Origin: an uncultured Gemmatimonadales bacterium
GTDB taxonomy: Bacteria; Gemmatimonadota; Gemmatimonadetes; Gemmatimonadales; GWC2-71-9
Reading direction: 5' to 3'
DNA length: 64,000 nucleotides
Assembly (NCBI GenBank): GCA_963798915.1
Contig: CAWCVB010000010.1
Span: forward strand, 1-64,000
Part shown: positions 19,581-30,914 of the stretch, in pieces
How positions within the stretch are numbered: position 1 is the first letter of the stretch
How the letters are laid out: every line of letters starts with the position of its first letter
Made by a program: the position numbers and the translations under genes
Notes under the pieces: generated by a model
The model's database searches: none
What the model was told of the DNA's origin: nothing
The model's input: only the letters and a program-made list of their open reading frames with translations

Positions 19581-21031
19581 CCGTTCCGCCACTGGAGCGC
19601 TCCTGGTCCCGCAAGGCGGTCTGCCGCCTCGGGGCCCCAGCTCCCCGAGGGATAGAGCAGCGGCGCGGCACCGTCCTCCAGGACCGGGGTGTATAGCCGC
19701 CATGAGGCCTCGACCTCGTCGGAATGCACAAACAGCATCTGGTCGCCCTGGAGCACATCCAGCAGCAGGGTCTCGTATGCCTTGGGCAACTGGCCGAACG
19801 CCTCGCGATACTCGAAGTGCAGGGGCTCACGGGAAAGTTCGAAATTCGGGCCTGGCACCTTCACATCGAAATAGAGAATGAAGCCCTCGTCCGGCTGCAA
19901 CCGCAGGACCAGCGTGTCCCCACCCATCTTGCAGGATTCGAAATCCTTGAACAGACTCACCGGCGGCTCGCGCAGCGTCAGCACGATTTCCGTCAGGCGC
20001 ATGGCCATGCGCTTGCCGGTCCGCAGGAGGAAAGGCACACCCTGCCAGCGCCAGTTGTCGACCTCCAGCTTCATCGCCGCGAACGTGCTCGTCGTGGAGT
20101 CGGATGCCACGCCCGGCTCCTTGCGGTAGGCCGGCAACGCACGGCCGGCAATGCGCCCGGCAGCATACTGGCCAAGAACGACATCTTCCGGCCCGATCGG
20201 CTGCGTCGAGCGCAGGACCTTGACCTTTTCCTGCCGGATGGCGGCGGCATCAATGGCGCTTGGAGGCTCCATGGCGACCAGGGTCATGACCTGCGTCAGG
20301 TGATTCTGGATCATGTCGCGAATCACGCCGGCACCTTCGTAATAGTTGGCGCGCTTCTCGACGCCAAGCGTTTCGGCAACGGTAATCTGCACGCTCGACA
20401 CATGTTCCCGGTTCCACAGCGACTCGAACATGGCGTTGGCGAAGCGGAAGACCATCAGGTTCTGGACCGTGTCCTTGCCCAGAAAATGGTCGATGCGGTA
20501 GATCTGGTCCTCGCGCCATCCTTCGTGCAGCTCGGCGTTCAGCTTGAGCGCCGAATCGAGGTCGCTGCCAAACGGCTTTTCTACCACCAGGCGCACCCAG
20601 CCAGGAGATGTGTTCAGCCGTGCCCGCGCGATACCGCACGCGACCGGGCCGAAGAACCGGGGCGGAAGCGCCAGATAGAAGACCCGGTTGCCCGGAACCT
20701 TGTGCCGGGCTTCGATCTCGTCCAGGCGATTCCCCAGCAAGCGATAATCCTCGGCGGTCCCGTCGCCGATCGGCTGGTAGTACAGGAATTTTCCCGCCCA
20801 TGCCCTCGCCTTGGTCCGCGCCACACCGTCGCGAACCAGTGCGTCCACGGCCATGGCCCGGAAGGCGGCATCGTCGCTGTCGCCCCGCGTCACTGCAACA
20901 ACGGGAATGTCAGCGGCCTCGCCACGCGCATGCAGGTGGAAGAGCGCCGGCAGGACCAGTCGCTGCGAAAGATCGCCGGTGCCGCCGAAGATGATATACG
21001 TCGCGAGGCCGCGCTCGACCGAGTCCACCAC
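19577..21031 (-). CDS. zwf: Glucose-6-phosphate 1-dehydrogenase
   Basis: GGTGDL, EKPFG, RIDHFLGK, RDMIQNH. Confidence 0.96.
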   Translation of the reverse strand: MVDSVERGLATYIIFGGTGDLSQRLVLPALFHLHARGEAADIPVVAVTRGDSDDAAFRAMAVDALVRDGVARTKARAWAGKFLYYQPIGDGTAEDYRLLGNRLDEIEARHKVPGNRVFYLALPPRFFGPVACGIARARLNTSPGWVRLVVEKPFGSDLDSALKLNAELHEGWREDQIYRIDHFLGKDTVQNLMVFRFANAMFESLWNREHVSSVQITVAETLGVEKRANYYEGAGVIRDMIQNHLTQVMTLVAMEPPSAIDAAAIRQEKVKVLRSTQPIGPEDVVLGQYAAGRIAGRALPAYRKEPGVASDSTTSTFAAMKLEVDNWRWQGVPFLLRTGKRMAMRLTEIVLTLREPPVSLFKDFESCKMGGDTLVLRLQPDEGFILYFDVKVPGPNFELSREPLHFEYREAFGQLPKAYETLLLDVLQGDQMLFVHSDEVEASWRLYTPVLEDGAAPLLYPSGSWGPEAADRLAGPGALQWRNG

Positions 21032-21032
21032 C

Positions 21033-21941
21033 CTAGGCCTCCGCCTTCACGGCATGCCCGCCGAACTGGTTTCGCATGGCCGCCAGCAGCCGGTCGGCAA
21101 ACGCCTCACTGCTGCGGGAGCGGAGCCGCGCCATGAGTGCCAGGCCGATCACGGGAGCCGGCACGTCGAGGTCGATTGCCTCGGCCAGCGTCCAGCGCCC
21201 CTCGCCCGAGTCAGCCACCCACGGCGCGATGTCCGCCATGCCGGGATGGGCCTCGAGGGCAGCGGTGGTGAGTTCCAGCAACCATGACCGCACCACGCTT
21301 CCGTATTGCCAGACGTGGCCGATCTGTGCCAGGTCCAGGTCGAATTCCTGCTTCTTGTGAAGAATCTCGAAGCCTTCGGCGTACGCCTGCATCAAACCGT
21401 ATTCGATGCCGTTGTGGACCATCTTGACGAAGTGGCCGGCGCCAACTGGGCCCACACGGCCCCAGCCACGATCAGGTGCCGGCGCCAGCGCCTCGAAGAT
21501 CGGGCGGATTCGGGCCACCACCGACTCGTCGCCACCCACCATCATGCTGTAGCCCTCCTTCAATCCCCACACCCCGCCGCTGGTGCCGCAGTCGACAAAG
21601 TGAATCCTGCCTTGGTGCAGCGCAGCTCCTCGGCGCACCGAGTCCTTGTAGTAGCTGTTGCCCCCATCGATCACGATGTCGTCTGGTGACAGGGCCTGGG
21701 CCAGCGCCGTGACGGTTGCCTCGGTTGGTTCGCCCGATGGCACCATCACCCAGACCGCACGCGGCGGGGGGAGCGCCTCGACCAGCGCGCCGAGCGACTC
21801 GACCCCGGCCACGCCGTGGCCTGCCGCCCTCGACAGCGCCTCGGCTGAGCGGTCGTACGCTACCACCCGGTGCCCCGCCTTGCTGAGCCGCGCCGCCATG
21901 TTCGCCCCCATCTTGCCCAGCCCGATCATGCCTATTTCCAT
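21033..21941 (-). CDS. gnd: 6-phosphogluconate dehydrogenase (short form)
   Basis: GLGKMG, DGGNS, KMVHNGIEYG, MRNQFGGH. Confidence 0.95.
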   Translation of the reverse strand: MEIGMIGLGKMGANMAARLSKAGHRVVAYDRSAEALSRAAGHGVAGVESLGALVEALPPPRAVWVMVPSGEPTEATVTALAQALSPDDIVIDGGNSYYKDSVRRGAALHQGRIHFVDCGTSGGVWGLKEGYSMMVGGDESVVARIRPIFEALAPAPDRGWGRVGPVGAGHFVKMVHNGIEYGLMQAYAEGFEILHKKQEFDLDLAQIGHVWQYGSVVRSWLLELTTAALEAHPGMADIAPWVADSGEGRWTLAEAIDLDVPAPVIGLALMARLRSRSSEAFADRLLAAMRNQFGGHAVKAEA

Positions 21942-22106
21942 CGCTGCCTCCACAAAAGTCGTCCGCTGCATCAATGGTACCCTGTTCCATCATGGATGAA
22001 AGCGCGCCCGACCGCTTCGGGCAGCTTCCTGGCGATCCTGGCGGCAAGTGGAGGCAGTACGGTGGACGGTGCTGCGGGTAGCGGGACGGATGGGCCGGGC
22101 TGATGC

Positions 22107-23177
22107 TCAAGCCCGTGGCGTGAGGCGACGCTCGATGATGGGCCGGCGACCTTGGAGCCACTCCGGAAGATTGAGTGCTCGGCCTGGCTGAGCAGACTCT
22201 TCATCGAGCCGGAAACCAGGTCCGTCGGTCGTGATTTCGATGAGCAGCCCATCGGGCGCCGTAAAGTAGATGCTCTTGAAGTAGGTGCGGTCCACCACGG
22301 GTGACACACCGACGCCCAGCGTCTCCAGCCGGTCGCGCCAGTCCAGTTGCGCTTCCTCACTTGCCGCTCGGAACGCGATGTGGTGCACCTGGCCGACGCC
22401 GCTCCGCGATTGGAACTCCGATCCGGGCCAGCCGAAGAACGTCAGGGAACTATGCGGCGTCACCACACGCCCGTCATACCGGGCCCAGAACCAATGCCGG
22501 GTTTCCGGGGCATCCTGGTTGAACGACCGCTTGACCAGCGAGAGACCAAGGGTGACCCCGAGGAAATCATTCATGCGCTCGAGATCATCGGTGATGGCGG
22601 AGACATGATGAATGCCGTTGAGCGCCATGTCGGCGGAAATCCCCGGGAGTGGCTCGGGCCAGGTGCGAGCAGCGATGGCCGCGTCGTTCCGCCCCTTTCG
22701 CAAGTCGGCGCCTGGTGGCGTGGTGTCATGCTGGCCCAGCGCATCTGGCGGCTCGTCCACGCCATAGCCTGGACCGGCAGTGGCGATCTCCAGCACGTGT
22801 CCATCCGGATCGCGAAAATAGAGGCTGTGGAAATATCCCCGGTTGAACGGGCCTGACACCCCAACCCGATGGTCCGTGAGCCATCGCTTCCACTTGAGTT
22901 GCGCGTCGACGCTCCCGACGGCCAGCGCCAGGTGATGGACGCCGCCCACACCCCACTGGCCCCGAGCCGCACCACGCCATTCAAAGAATGTCACCAGGGA
23001 ACCGGGCCTGCCCCCATCCGCACTGAAGAAGAGTTGATACGAGCCGGGATCATCGGGATTGGCCGTCCGCTTCAGCAGCGTGAGCCCGAGGAGGTCATGA
23101 TAGAAGCGGATGGTGCGGCGGGCGTCGGCGGCCACCAGCGTGACGTGGTGGAAACCTTCCGTGGCAAGCAGAGTCAT
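22107..23177 (-). CDS. VOC-family ring-cleaving dioxygenase (MhqA/MhqO-like)
   Basis: GFHHVT, HHLAL, DRTYFKSIYF, EITTDGPGF; duplicated VOC domains. Confidence 0.88.
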   Translation of the reverse strand: MTLLATEGFHHVTLVAADARRTIRFYHDLLGLTLLKRTANPDDPGSYQLFFSADGGRPGSLVTFFEWRGAARGQWGVGGVHHLALAVGSVDAQLKWKRWLTDHRVGVSGPFNRGYFHSLYFRDPDGHVLEIATAGPGYGVDEPPDALGQHDTTPPGADLRKGRNDAAIAARTWPEPLPGISADMALNGIHHVSAITDDLERMNDFLGVTLGLSLVKRSFNQDAPETRHWFWARYDGRVVTPHSSLTFFGWPGSEFQSRSGVGQVHHIAFRAASEEAQLDWRDRLETLGVGVSPVVDRTYFKSIYFTAPDGLLIEITTDGPGFRLDEESAQPGRALNLPEWLQGRRPIIERRLTPRA

Positions 23178-23382
23178 CGTACCACTCGCCTTCCCGGCGC
23201 CTCCGCGGGATGCGACGGCCAGGGCGCGCATCCGACGGACAATCCCGAGACCGCAGCGCGCGCGTTGGAAGCCGCCATCCTTTGGGTGCGTCGTGCGATC
23301 GGGAATCGACTTGCCATGGTATCTCGAACTATCTCCGCGATGAAATGTTCAGTTCTGAGACAATTCCACAAATGAAGGTGGC

Positions 23383-23862
23383 TCATGCCATCCGTGCCCC
23401 AGCCTGCCGTAGCGAGAGACCCAGTTTTCGAACCAGCGCAGCGGCGGCTTCCTGTTCGCCGGGAGTCAGCGCCGACATGGCGTCGGCAATGACCGCCGAG
23501 TGCTCCGGGAAGATCCGGCCAATGAATGCCGCGCCGGCTGCCGTCAAGGCAACATAGTTGGCTCGGCGGTCAGTTGGGCAGGGCTGGCGCTCGACGAGGC
23601 CGCGGGCAGCCAGCCGGTCCACCAGGTAGGTGATCCCACCACTGGAGACGAGCGTCCGCCGCTGAACCTCGCCTGCCAGCATCGGGCCCTTGTGGTACAA
23701 CGCCTCGAGCACGCCGAACTCTGCCAGGGTGAGATCATGGCGCGCCACGTCCTCGCGGGCGCGCCGTTCGATGGTCGCGGTCGCGCGCGAGAGAACCACC
23801 CAGAGCTTGAGGGCTCGGCTCGTGTCGGCGTCGTAGGCGGGGGGAACGATAGCTGCAGGCAT
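23383..23862 (-). CDS. MarR-family regulator, MhqR-like
   Basis: EFGVLEALYHKGP, SSGGITYLVDRL, CPTDRR. Confidence 0.88.
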   Translation of the reverse strand: MPAAIVPPAYDADTSRALKLWVVLSRATATIERRAREDVARHDLTLAEFGVLEALYHKGPMLAGEVQRRTLVSSGGITYLVDRLAARGLVERQPCPTDRRANYVALTAAGAAFIGRIFPEHSAVIADAMSALTPGEQEAAAALVRKLGLSLRQAGARMA

Positions 23863-23880
23863 CTCAGTAATAAGATAAAG

Positions 23881-24008
23881 CGTCGACAGTCATCGGTCTA
23901 CGGCCGACGCCAGCCGTTGACCGTCGACCGTTGACCGTCGACCGCTGCCGTCCACCGTCGACCGTCGACCGTTGACCGTTGACCGTCGACCGTCGACCGT
24001 CGACCATC
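23881..24008. repeat. Heptamer array (GACCGTY)x~13 with a short opposite arm
   Basis: Same unit as the arrays flanking the four-helix-bundle gene. Confidence 0.92.
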
Positions 24009-24011
24009 AAC

Positions 24012-24575
24012 TCACCTGGGCCACAACCAGCCAAATACTCCCGCCGTCACCAGACCGTAAAGAAGACCGTCCACCGTGCCGCGGATGGTGGTGCCCAAGT
24101 TGCGGCTGTACCAGATGGACATGGGCCAGAGCGCGCCGGCATAGCCCAGGAAGGCCACGATCGCCACCAGGTGAAAGACCCGCAGGTAGGAAGCGCCGGG
24201 ATCGAGAACGTTGCAGGCGGCCAGCCCTGAGAACAGACTGATCACCAGCGCAAAGATGAACCATCCCACCAGGTTCGGCCCCATGGAGAGGCTCTTTCGC
24301 GGCAGGAAGGTGGCCATGAAGGTGGGACCGGCCTTCCACTTGGCCTGGAATTCGGGCGTCTTCATGTCCGCCATGGAGTCGCACTGCGGCACCATGTAGT
24401 CACCCGGCGGAATGTCAAATGGGCGAAGGGCCGCCATCACGCCGTCCTCATCGGGCAATCGCCGGTGATCACCGGCGTGCCAGAACGACAGCACCATGTG
24501 AATGACCGAGCTCACGACGAATACGGCGACCGCGGACAGCAGAATCGGGAGCCACAGCGAGCCGATCGGCGTCAT
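24012..24575 (-). CDS. Hypothetical membrane protein
   Basis: [16 protein letters not shown]; several TM segments; GGAGG RBS. Confidence 0.75.
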   Translation of the reverse strand: MTPIGSLWLPILLSAVAVFVVSSVIHMVLSFWHAGDHRRLPDEDGVMAALRPFDIPPGDYMVPQCDSMADMKTPEFQAKWKAGPTFMATFLPRKSLSMGPNLVGWFIFALVISLFSGLAACNVLDPGASYLRVFHLVAIVAFLGYAGALWPMSIWYSRNLGTTIRGTVDGLLYGLVTAGVFGWLWPR

Positions 24576-24731
24576 CAGAACCTCGAGAGAGAGTGGGATG
24601 GGGCCAAGGTGCGTCCCGAATGGCCGCACGTCAAGATTGCGGCGGCCGGTTGCGGCAGTCGATGCGCTGGCGATTCCGTCGCGGGCCCCGTAGGTTTGAA
24701 CCGTTCCGACTGCCACATTCAGGAGTGCCCT

Positions 24732-27700
24732 GTGGATCTGCGCGCGCAATTGCAGCAGGATCTGGGTTCCACTTTTGCGCTCGAGCGAGAGCTCACCGGC
24801 GGCGGCATGTCGCGCGTGTTCGTGGCTCAGGAACTCCGCCTGGGGCGCACGGTCGTCGTGAAAGTGCTGAGCCCGGAGCTGGTGCAGGGGCTCAATGCGG
24901 AGCGATTCGAGCGCGAGATTCGGCTCGCCGCCTCTCTGCAGCAAGCCAACATCGTGCCGGTGCTGGCGGCGGGCGAAGTGGGCGGGATGCCCTATTTCAC
25001 CATGCCCTATGTGGAAGGCGAGTCACTGCGGGTGCGGCTGGCCCGCGGCCCCCTGCCGATCGGTGAGGTCGTGGCCATTCTGCGGGACGTCGCCAAGGCG
25101 CTGGCCTATGCACACGCACGCAACGTGGTGCACCGCGACATCAAGCCGGACAACATCCTCCTGTCCGGCGGCACCGCCGTCGTCACCGATTTCGGCATTG
25201 CCAAGGCAATCAGCGCGTCGCGCACCGAGGGCGCTGGCGCCACGCTCACCCAAATGGGCACGTCACTCGGTACCCCCGCCTACATGGCGCCGGAACAGGT
25301 GGCCGGTGATCCCGACGTAGACCATCGTGCGGACCTCTACGCCCTTGGCTGCATGGCCTACGAACTGCTGACCGGCCGCCAGCCCTTCGGCGACCGCACC
25401 ACCCAGAAGATGCTCGCGGCACACCTCACCGAAGCCGCTCCCGATGCCGCTTCCAGCCGACTCGACTGCCCGCCGCAGCTGGCGAGCCTTGTGCGCCAGC
25501 TCATGGCCAAGGACCCGGATGACCGGCCCGCCTCAGCGGGCGAGGTCCTGCCGGTCCTCGACGCCTCCGTCACCACGAGCGGCACCACGGTGGCATTCAG
25601 CCACCCTGGCATGTTCAAGAAGGCGCTGGGCTTCTACGTAGTGGCGCTGGTCGGCGTGGCGGTGGTCGCCAAGGCGGCGGTCATCGCCATTGGACTTCCC
25701 GACTGGGTCTTCCCTGGTGCGATCCTGATGATGGCCCTGGGTCTCCCGGTCATCCTCATCACTGCCTATGTGCAGCGCGTCGCCCGGCACGTGGCCACTG
25801 CCACGCCCACGCTCACGCCGGGCGGCACCTCCGTGGCGCGTCCCCCAGGCGGTACGGTGGCCACGATCGCCCTCAAGGCCAGTCCGCATGTCACCTGGCG
25901 ACGGACCATGCGTGGTGGGATGTACGCGGTGGGAGTCTTCACCGTGCTCGTGATCGGGTTCATGCTCCTGCGCGCCTTGGGGATCGGACCCTGGGGTTCG
26001 CTCTTTGCCGCGGGCACGTTGGCGCAGAATGACCATATCCTGGTGAGCGACTTTGCCGTAGCACCCGGCGACTCGGCGCTCGGCCCCATTCTGCTCGAGG
26101 CGGTGCGAGCGGCGCTGAGCCAGTCGCGCTCGGTCCAACTGGTGGAACCGGCCGCCATCGCGGAGATCCTGCATCAGATGCGGCGCTCGAGGGATGAGCA
26201 CATGGATCCGACCCTCGCACGCGAGGTGGCGACCCGGGCCGATGCCCCCGCGGTGCTTGGTGGGCGCATTGCCCGGGTCGGCAACGGCTACGCCGTGAGT
26301 CTCGACCTGACCAACACCCAGAGCGGCGCCACCCTGGCCTCATTTCAGGGAACCGCCGATGGGCCAAAGGACCTGCTCGACGTGGTGGACGGGCTCACCC
26401 GCAAGCTCCGGGGCCGGATGGGCGAGTCGCTGCGGCGGGTCCAGCGCTCGGTGCCACTGGAGCGGCCACGACGGCGTCGCTGCCGGCGCTCCGGAAGTAC
26501 AGTGAAGCGGTGCGGGCCAATGACGTGGACTACGATTTCCACGCGCCATCCGCGCCGCCCGCGAAGCGGTGGCACTGGATTCCACATTTGCCCTGGCCTG
26601 GCGCAAGTTGTCCGTAGCCCTGAAGAACGGGCAGGCGTCTCCGGCCGCGATCGACTCGGCGGTCAAAAGGCAGTCAAGTACGCCGACCAACTGCCGGATC
26701 GTGAGCGTACCTTGCCCTCGGCTTCATATTATGAGACGGCGCGCGACGCCCAGGACCGGGGCAAGGCGCTGGCGGCGTATCGGCTGCCTATAAGCGGATT
26801 CCGGGAGACCGGCGCCACCCACGAGCTGTTCCGCGCATACATGGCTCGACCGGCAAGACTGATAGCGCCTTCGCTATGCTCCCGGGAACATCAGATCACC
26901 GCGAGGCCACGCCAGACGGCCTCATGGTTGCGGCCATCCTGTCCACGGCCGGCCGGCAGGATTCGGGACTGGCGGTCTATCAGTCCACACCTGGCCCAGC
27001 ATCCCGGAGCTGAACGAGCTCGCCGATCCGGTATCAGGCGGAATCAATGTCTAGGGCACAGCACATGGAGGACCGGTGCGCGCGCTCGCCGAGCGCATGC
27101 GAAAGGCGCCATCGGTGTCCATCCGGGGCCAATGCGCGGGACCGGTTTTTCGAGCCTTGCTATGACGCACGGCAAGCTGGCGGCATGCCCGTCAACTGGA
27201 CGAGCAATGGGTTGACGAGATGTCGGCGAGCGGCGCCATCACGAAGTTCGATGGCCTCTCGGACGCCATGCTTGACATCCGCTTCCGGGACAAGGCTGCC
27301 CGAGGCGTGGGCCGTCTGGATACCATCGTGAGCGGACGGCAGTGGTCCGGCACGGAGCCGACCAACCGTCCTTACAGCATGATCTCCGGCCTCTATGCCG
27401 TGGCGGCCGACCCGATCGGGCACAGGCGATGCTCGACGAGTACCGGCGCGCCGCTCCCGGGCATGGGATGCCCCCGACAAGCAGGCTGGCATCGCGGAAC
27501 TCAGGGGAGAGATCGCGCTGGCGTCGGGGGGGCATCGGAGGCCGTGCAGCAGTTCCACGCTGCCGACATGGGCCCGGACGGGGCGCCCGACTGCTGCGAG
27601 GCGTGCATCGACTACAACCTGGCGCGCGCCTTCGAGGCCGCCGGGAACGCCGACAGCGCGCTGGCGCACTACGCCACTACCTCGATATCCGCCGTGCCAA

Positions 27701-27906
27701 CGCTGGTTCTGAACATGGAGTGGATGGGCGATGCCGCGGTGCAGAAGCGGCTGGGCGAGATCTACGACTCACGCCATGATCGCACCAACGCCATCAAGCA
27801 TTACGCCGAGTTTGTGGACCTGTGGAAGGACGCCGACCCCGAACTGCAGCCGGTGGTGGCCACGGTCCGCAAGCGCATTGGCGAGCTGACAGCGCAGCGC
27901 GACTGA
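24732..27906 (+). pseudogene. Ser/Thr protein kinase with TM and TPR-like C-terminus, multiply frameshifted after ~26465
   Basis: GGGMSRV, HRDIKPDN, DFG, GTPAYMAPE; TPR-like pieces in other frames ending LWKDADPELQP. Confidence 0.85.
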
Positions 27907-27933
27907 CGCGGGCCGCGGCTGGCCACTCTCCCC

Positions 27934-29595
27934 ATGCTCCTTCCCAAGCTCGTTACCACCCTCAAGACGTACAATCGCCAGCAATTCACGGCAGATGTCG
28001 TCGCGGGCATCATCGTCGGCATCGTCGCACTGCCGCTCGCCATTGCGTTTGCCATCGCCAGCGGAGTCACGCCCGAGCGGGGCCTCGTTACCGCGATCGT
28101 GGCCGGGTTCCTGATTTCGGCGCTGGGCGGGTCGCGGGTGCAGATTGGCGGGCCGACCGGCGCGTTCGTCGTGATCGTGGCCGGCATCGTCGCCAAGTAC
28201 GGGGTGGACGGATTGATGATTGCCACGCTCATGGCCGGCGTGATGCTCATCATCTTTGGCCTCGCGCGCCTCGGGGCCGTGATCAAGTTCATTCCGTACC
28301 CGGTGGTGGTGGGCTTCACCAGCGGCATCGCGGTGGTAATCTTCTCGAGCGAACTTCGCGACTTCTTCGGCCTTCGCATGGACGCTGTGCCGGCAGGATT
28401 CCTTGCGCGGTGGCGGGCGTTCGCGGAGCATGCCCCCAGCTTCAACCCCTGGGCCCTTGGCGTGGCGCTCGGGTCACTGGCCATCATCGTCTGGTGGCCC
28501 AAGGTGAGCCGCCGGATTCCAGGGCCCTTCGTCGCACTGGTCGTCGCGACGGCGCTGGTGTACGTCTTTTCCCTTCCGGTCGAAACCATCGGCAGTCGCT
28601 TCGGCATGCTGCGCCCGGGGCTCCCCGCACCCTCGCTTCCCCACCTCAGCGGTGTCGACGTCAGCGCCCTGATCGGACCTGCGTTTACCATTGCGCTGCT
28701 GGGAGCCGTCGAGTCGCTGCTCTCAGCCGTCGTGGCCGACGGCATGATCGGTGGGCGCCACCGCTCGAACGTGGAACTGATTGCCCAGGGCATCGCCAAC
28801 CTGGCCAGCCCGCTGTTCGGCGGGATTCCTGCAACGGGCGCCATTGCCAGGACGGCGACCAATATCAAGAATGGTGGGCGAACCCCGATCGCCGGCATGG
28901 TTCACGCGCTCACCCTGCTGATCATCACGCTCTTTGCGGGACGCTGGGCCGCGGCCATCCCGCTGGCCGCGCTGGCAGCGATCCTGGTGGTGGTGGCATA
29001 CCATATGAGTGAATGGCGCACCTTCCGAAGCGTGCTTCGCTCGCCGCGCAGCGACGTGCTGGTGCTGCTGACGACTTTCCTGCTGACCGTGCTCGTCGAC
29101 CTGACCGTGGCGATCCAGGTCGGCATGGTGCTGGCCGCCTTCCTGTTCATGAAGCGCATGGCCGAGGTGACCGACGTCTCTGCGGTGACCAGGGAACTCG
29201 CCGAGCCGGCCGCGGCAGGCGTGGCCCAGCCGGACTCGCTGTTCCGCGTCGAGGTACCGGCCGGCGTTGAAGTCTACGAAATCAATGGCCCCTTCTTCTT
29301 CGGGGCCGCGGAGAGCTTCAAGAGCGCGGTGCAGCAGGTGGCCGGCCGCTCCACGGTGCTGATCATCCGGATGCGTCACGTACCAGCCATGGACGCCACT
29401 GGCCTCAACGCATTCAGGGACCTGATCCGCCGCAGCCGGAACGAAGGCACGAGTGTGCTTGTCGCCGAGATTCACGCCCAGCCCATGACAGCGCTCGCGC
29501 GATCGGGAGTGCTGGACGAATTGGGAAGTCAGAACGTATTTGGCACGCTGCAGGAGGCGCTGGCCCGGGCTCGGACCGTCGTACAGGCTATGTAG
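27934..29595 (+). CDS. SulP/SLC26 anion transporter with STAS domain
   Basis: [34 protein letters not shown]. Confidence 0.95.
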   Translation: MLLPKLVTTLKTYNRQQFTADVVAGIIVGIVALPLAIAFAIASGVTPERGLVTAIVAGFLISALGGSRVQIGGPTGAFVVIVAGIVAKYGVDGLMIATLMAGVMLIIFGLARLGAVIKFIPYPVVVGFTSGIAVVIFSSELRDFFGLRMDAVPAGFLARWRAFAEHAPSFNPWALGVALGSLAIIVWWPKVSRRIPGPFVALVVATALVYVFSLPVETIGSRFGMLRPGLPAPSLPHLSGVDVSALIGPAFTIALLGAVESLLSAVVADGMIGGRHRSNVELIAQGIANLASPLFGGIPATGAIARTATNIKNGGRTPIAGMVHALTLLIITLFAGRWAAAIPLAALAAILVVVAYHMSEWRTFRSVLRSPRSDVLVLLTTFLLTVLVDLTVAIQVGMVLAAFLFMKRMAEVTDVSAVTRELAEPAAAGVAQPDSLFRVEVPAGVEVYEINGPFFFGAAESFKSAVQQVAGRSTVLIIRMRHVPAMDATGLNAFRDLIRRSRNEGTSVLVAEIHAQPMTALARSGVLDELGSQNVFGTLQEALARARTVVQAM

Positions 29596-29968
29596 CAAAC
29601 CCCAAGTTTGTTGCCACGTCGCGCTGCCGCTTGTCCAAGGTCAGGAAGGAGATGTTCGCTGGATCTCCAGCCAGGTAAAGCGCCGTCGCCAGATGCCAGC
29701 AGTCGGCGCCGAGCACGAGCCCTGCCGCGAGCACCTGTCCGATTTCATCAGTGAGTGACCGGTCGGGTAATACCCACGCCAGCACCGAGAGTTGCGCCAC
29801 GTCCAGCTGGACACTCTCGCGCGCACAGGCCGCACGAAATTCCGCCTCCAGCAGGTTGGAGGACACCAGACGATCAAAACCTTCCAGCCGCCGGGCCAGC
29901 GCCGTAGCACCCCGCTCGCCGAATGCTACGGCCACCAGGCATGACGTGTCGACGTAACCGAGTTTCAG
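29588..29968 (-). CDS. PIN-domain (VapC-like) protein with no canonical start and no antitoxin
   Basis: In-frame extension LKLGYVDTSCLV upstream of GTG 29935; LEAE, ADCWHLATA, LTLDKRQ. Confidence 0.75.
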   Translation of the reverse strand: MKLGYVDTSCLVAVAFGERGATALARRLEGFDRLVSSNLLEAEFRAACARESVQLDVAQLSVLAWVLPDRSLTDEIGQVLAAGLVLGADCWHLATALYLAGDPANISFLTLDKRQRDVATNLGFAT

Positions 29969-30098
29969 GCTGAAGGCTGAAGGCTGAAGGAAGCGTCGAG
30001 CGTCGAACGTCGAGCGTCGAGCGTCGAGCGTCGAACGTCGAGCGTCGTGCGTCGAACGTCGAGCGTCGTGCGTCGTGCGTCGTGCGTCGTGCGTCGCG
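29968..30098. repeat. Composite heptamer array (GGCTGAA)3 / (GCGTCGA)n / (GCGTCGT)n
   Basis: Directly visible. Confidence 0.92.
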
Positions 30099-30227
30099 AC
30101 CGGGACCCCAACTGTGCCGCCCGGGACAACACTTCACCGAAATGTCATTCCCCTGTCATCCGTGTTTCCGCCCAGCGCCATCTCCGCATGCCATCGTGGT
30201 GGGACCACGAGCCAGGGAGATGGCATC

Positions 30228-30914
30228 ATGTTCGATCGCCTGCTTGCATCCGCTCAACCTCGTCGCCGGCCGCTCTGGCAGACCGGTACCTCCCTTGGCG
30301 TCCACGCCCTCATCATCGTGACTGCGGTGTGGGTCACGCGCCGTCCGTCGGTGGTAACTCCGGCCAGCCCGCCAATGCCCATTGTGATGCCCGCGTTCAT
30401 CGAGCGATCGAGGTCGACCGAGCGTTCACCGTCTCGTGGTGGTGATGCCATTATCGCGCGGCCGGTGTTCCCGGTGGTCACCAATGTACCGCTCAGCATC
30501 CCCTCCATCAGCGAGCACTCGCCCGTTGACCCTTCTGATCTGCTCGGCTCGAATCATGAGCGCGATCCTCTGGCCGGACTGCTGTCCCCACCCGATACAA
30601 TCGGCGCGCGGAATGGCGTTGTCACGTCGGCCGAGGCTGATGTGGTGCCGCTGCTCCTCGAGAGCGGACCACGGGTCGCGCCTCCGGGAATGGCAGGAGT
30701 CGTGGCGCGCGTGCGGCTGCAGTTTGTGATCAGCATCGATGGCCGGGTGGAGCCCGGTTCCGTCAGGGTGCTGGAGAGCAGCAGCGCGGCGTTTGACGCG
30801 TCAGCCCGACGCGTGGTGGGAGGAAGTCGCTATCGGCCGGGCCGGCGCAACGGAATACCGGTGCGCGTGCTGGTGGAGCAGGGTGTGGTGTTCGGAGTGG
30901 AGAGTCAGGAGTGA
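30228..30914 (+). CDS. Energy transducer TonB family protein
   Basis: N-terminal TM with SLGVH motif, Pro-rich linker, VRLQFVISIDGRV, YRPGRRNGIPVRV. Confidence 0.8.
   Translation: MFDRLLASAQPRRRPLWQTGTSLGVHALIIVTAVWVTRRPSVVTPASPPMPIVMPAFIERSRSTERSPSRGGDAIIARPVFPVVTNVPLSIPSISEHSPVDPSDLLGSNHERDPLAGLLSPPDTIGARNGVVTSAEADVVPLLLESGPRVAPPGMAGVVARVRLQFVISIDGRVEPGSVRVLESSSAAFDASARRVVGGSRYRPGRRNGIPVRVLVEQGVVFGVESQE

Noticed and set aside
23174..23317. Small ORF with ATGA overlap to the dioxygenase
   Set aside because: No recognisable features; insufficient evidence.
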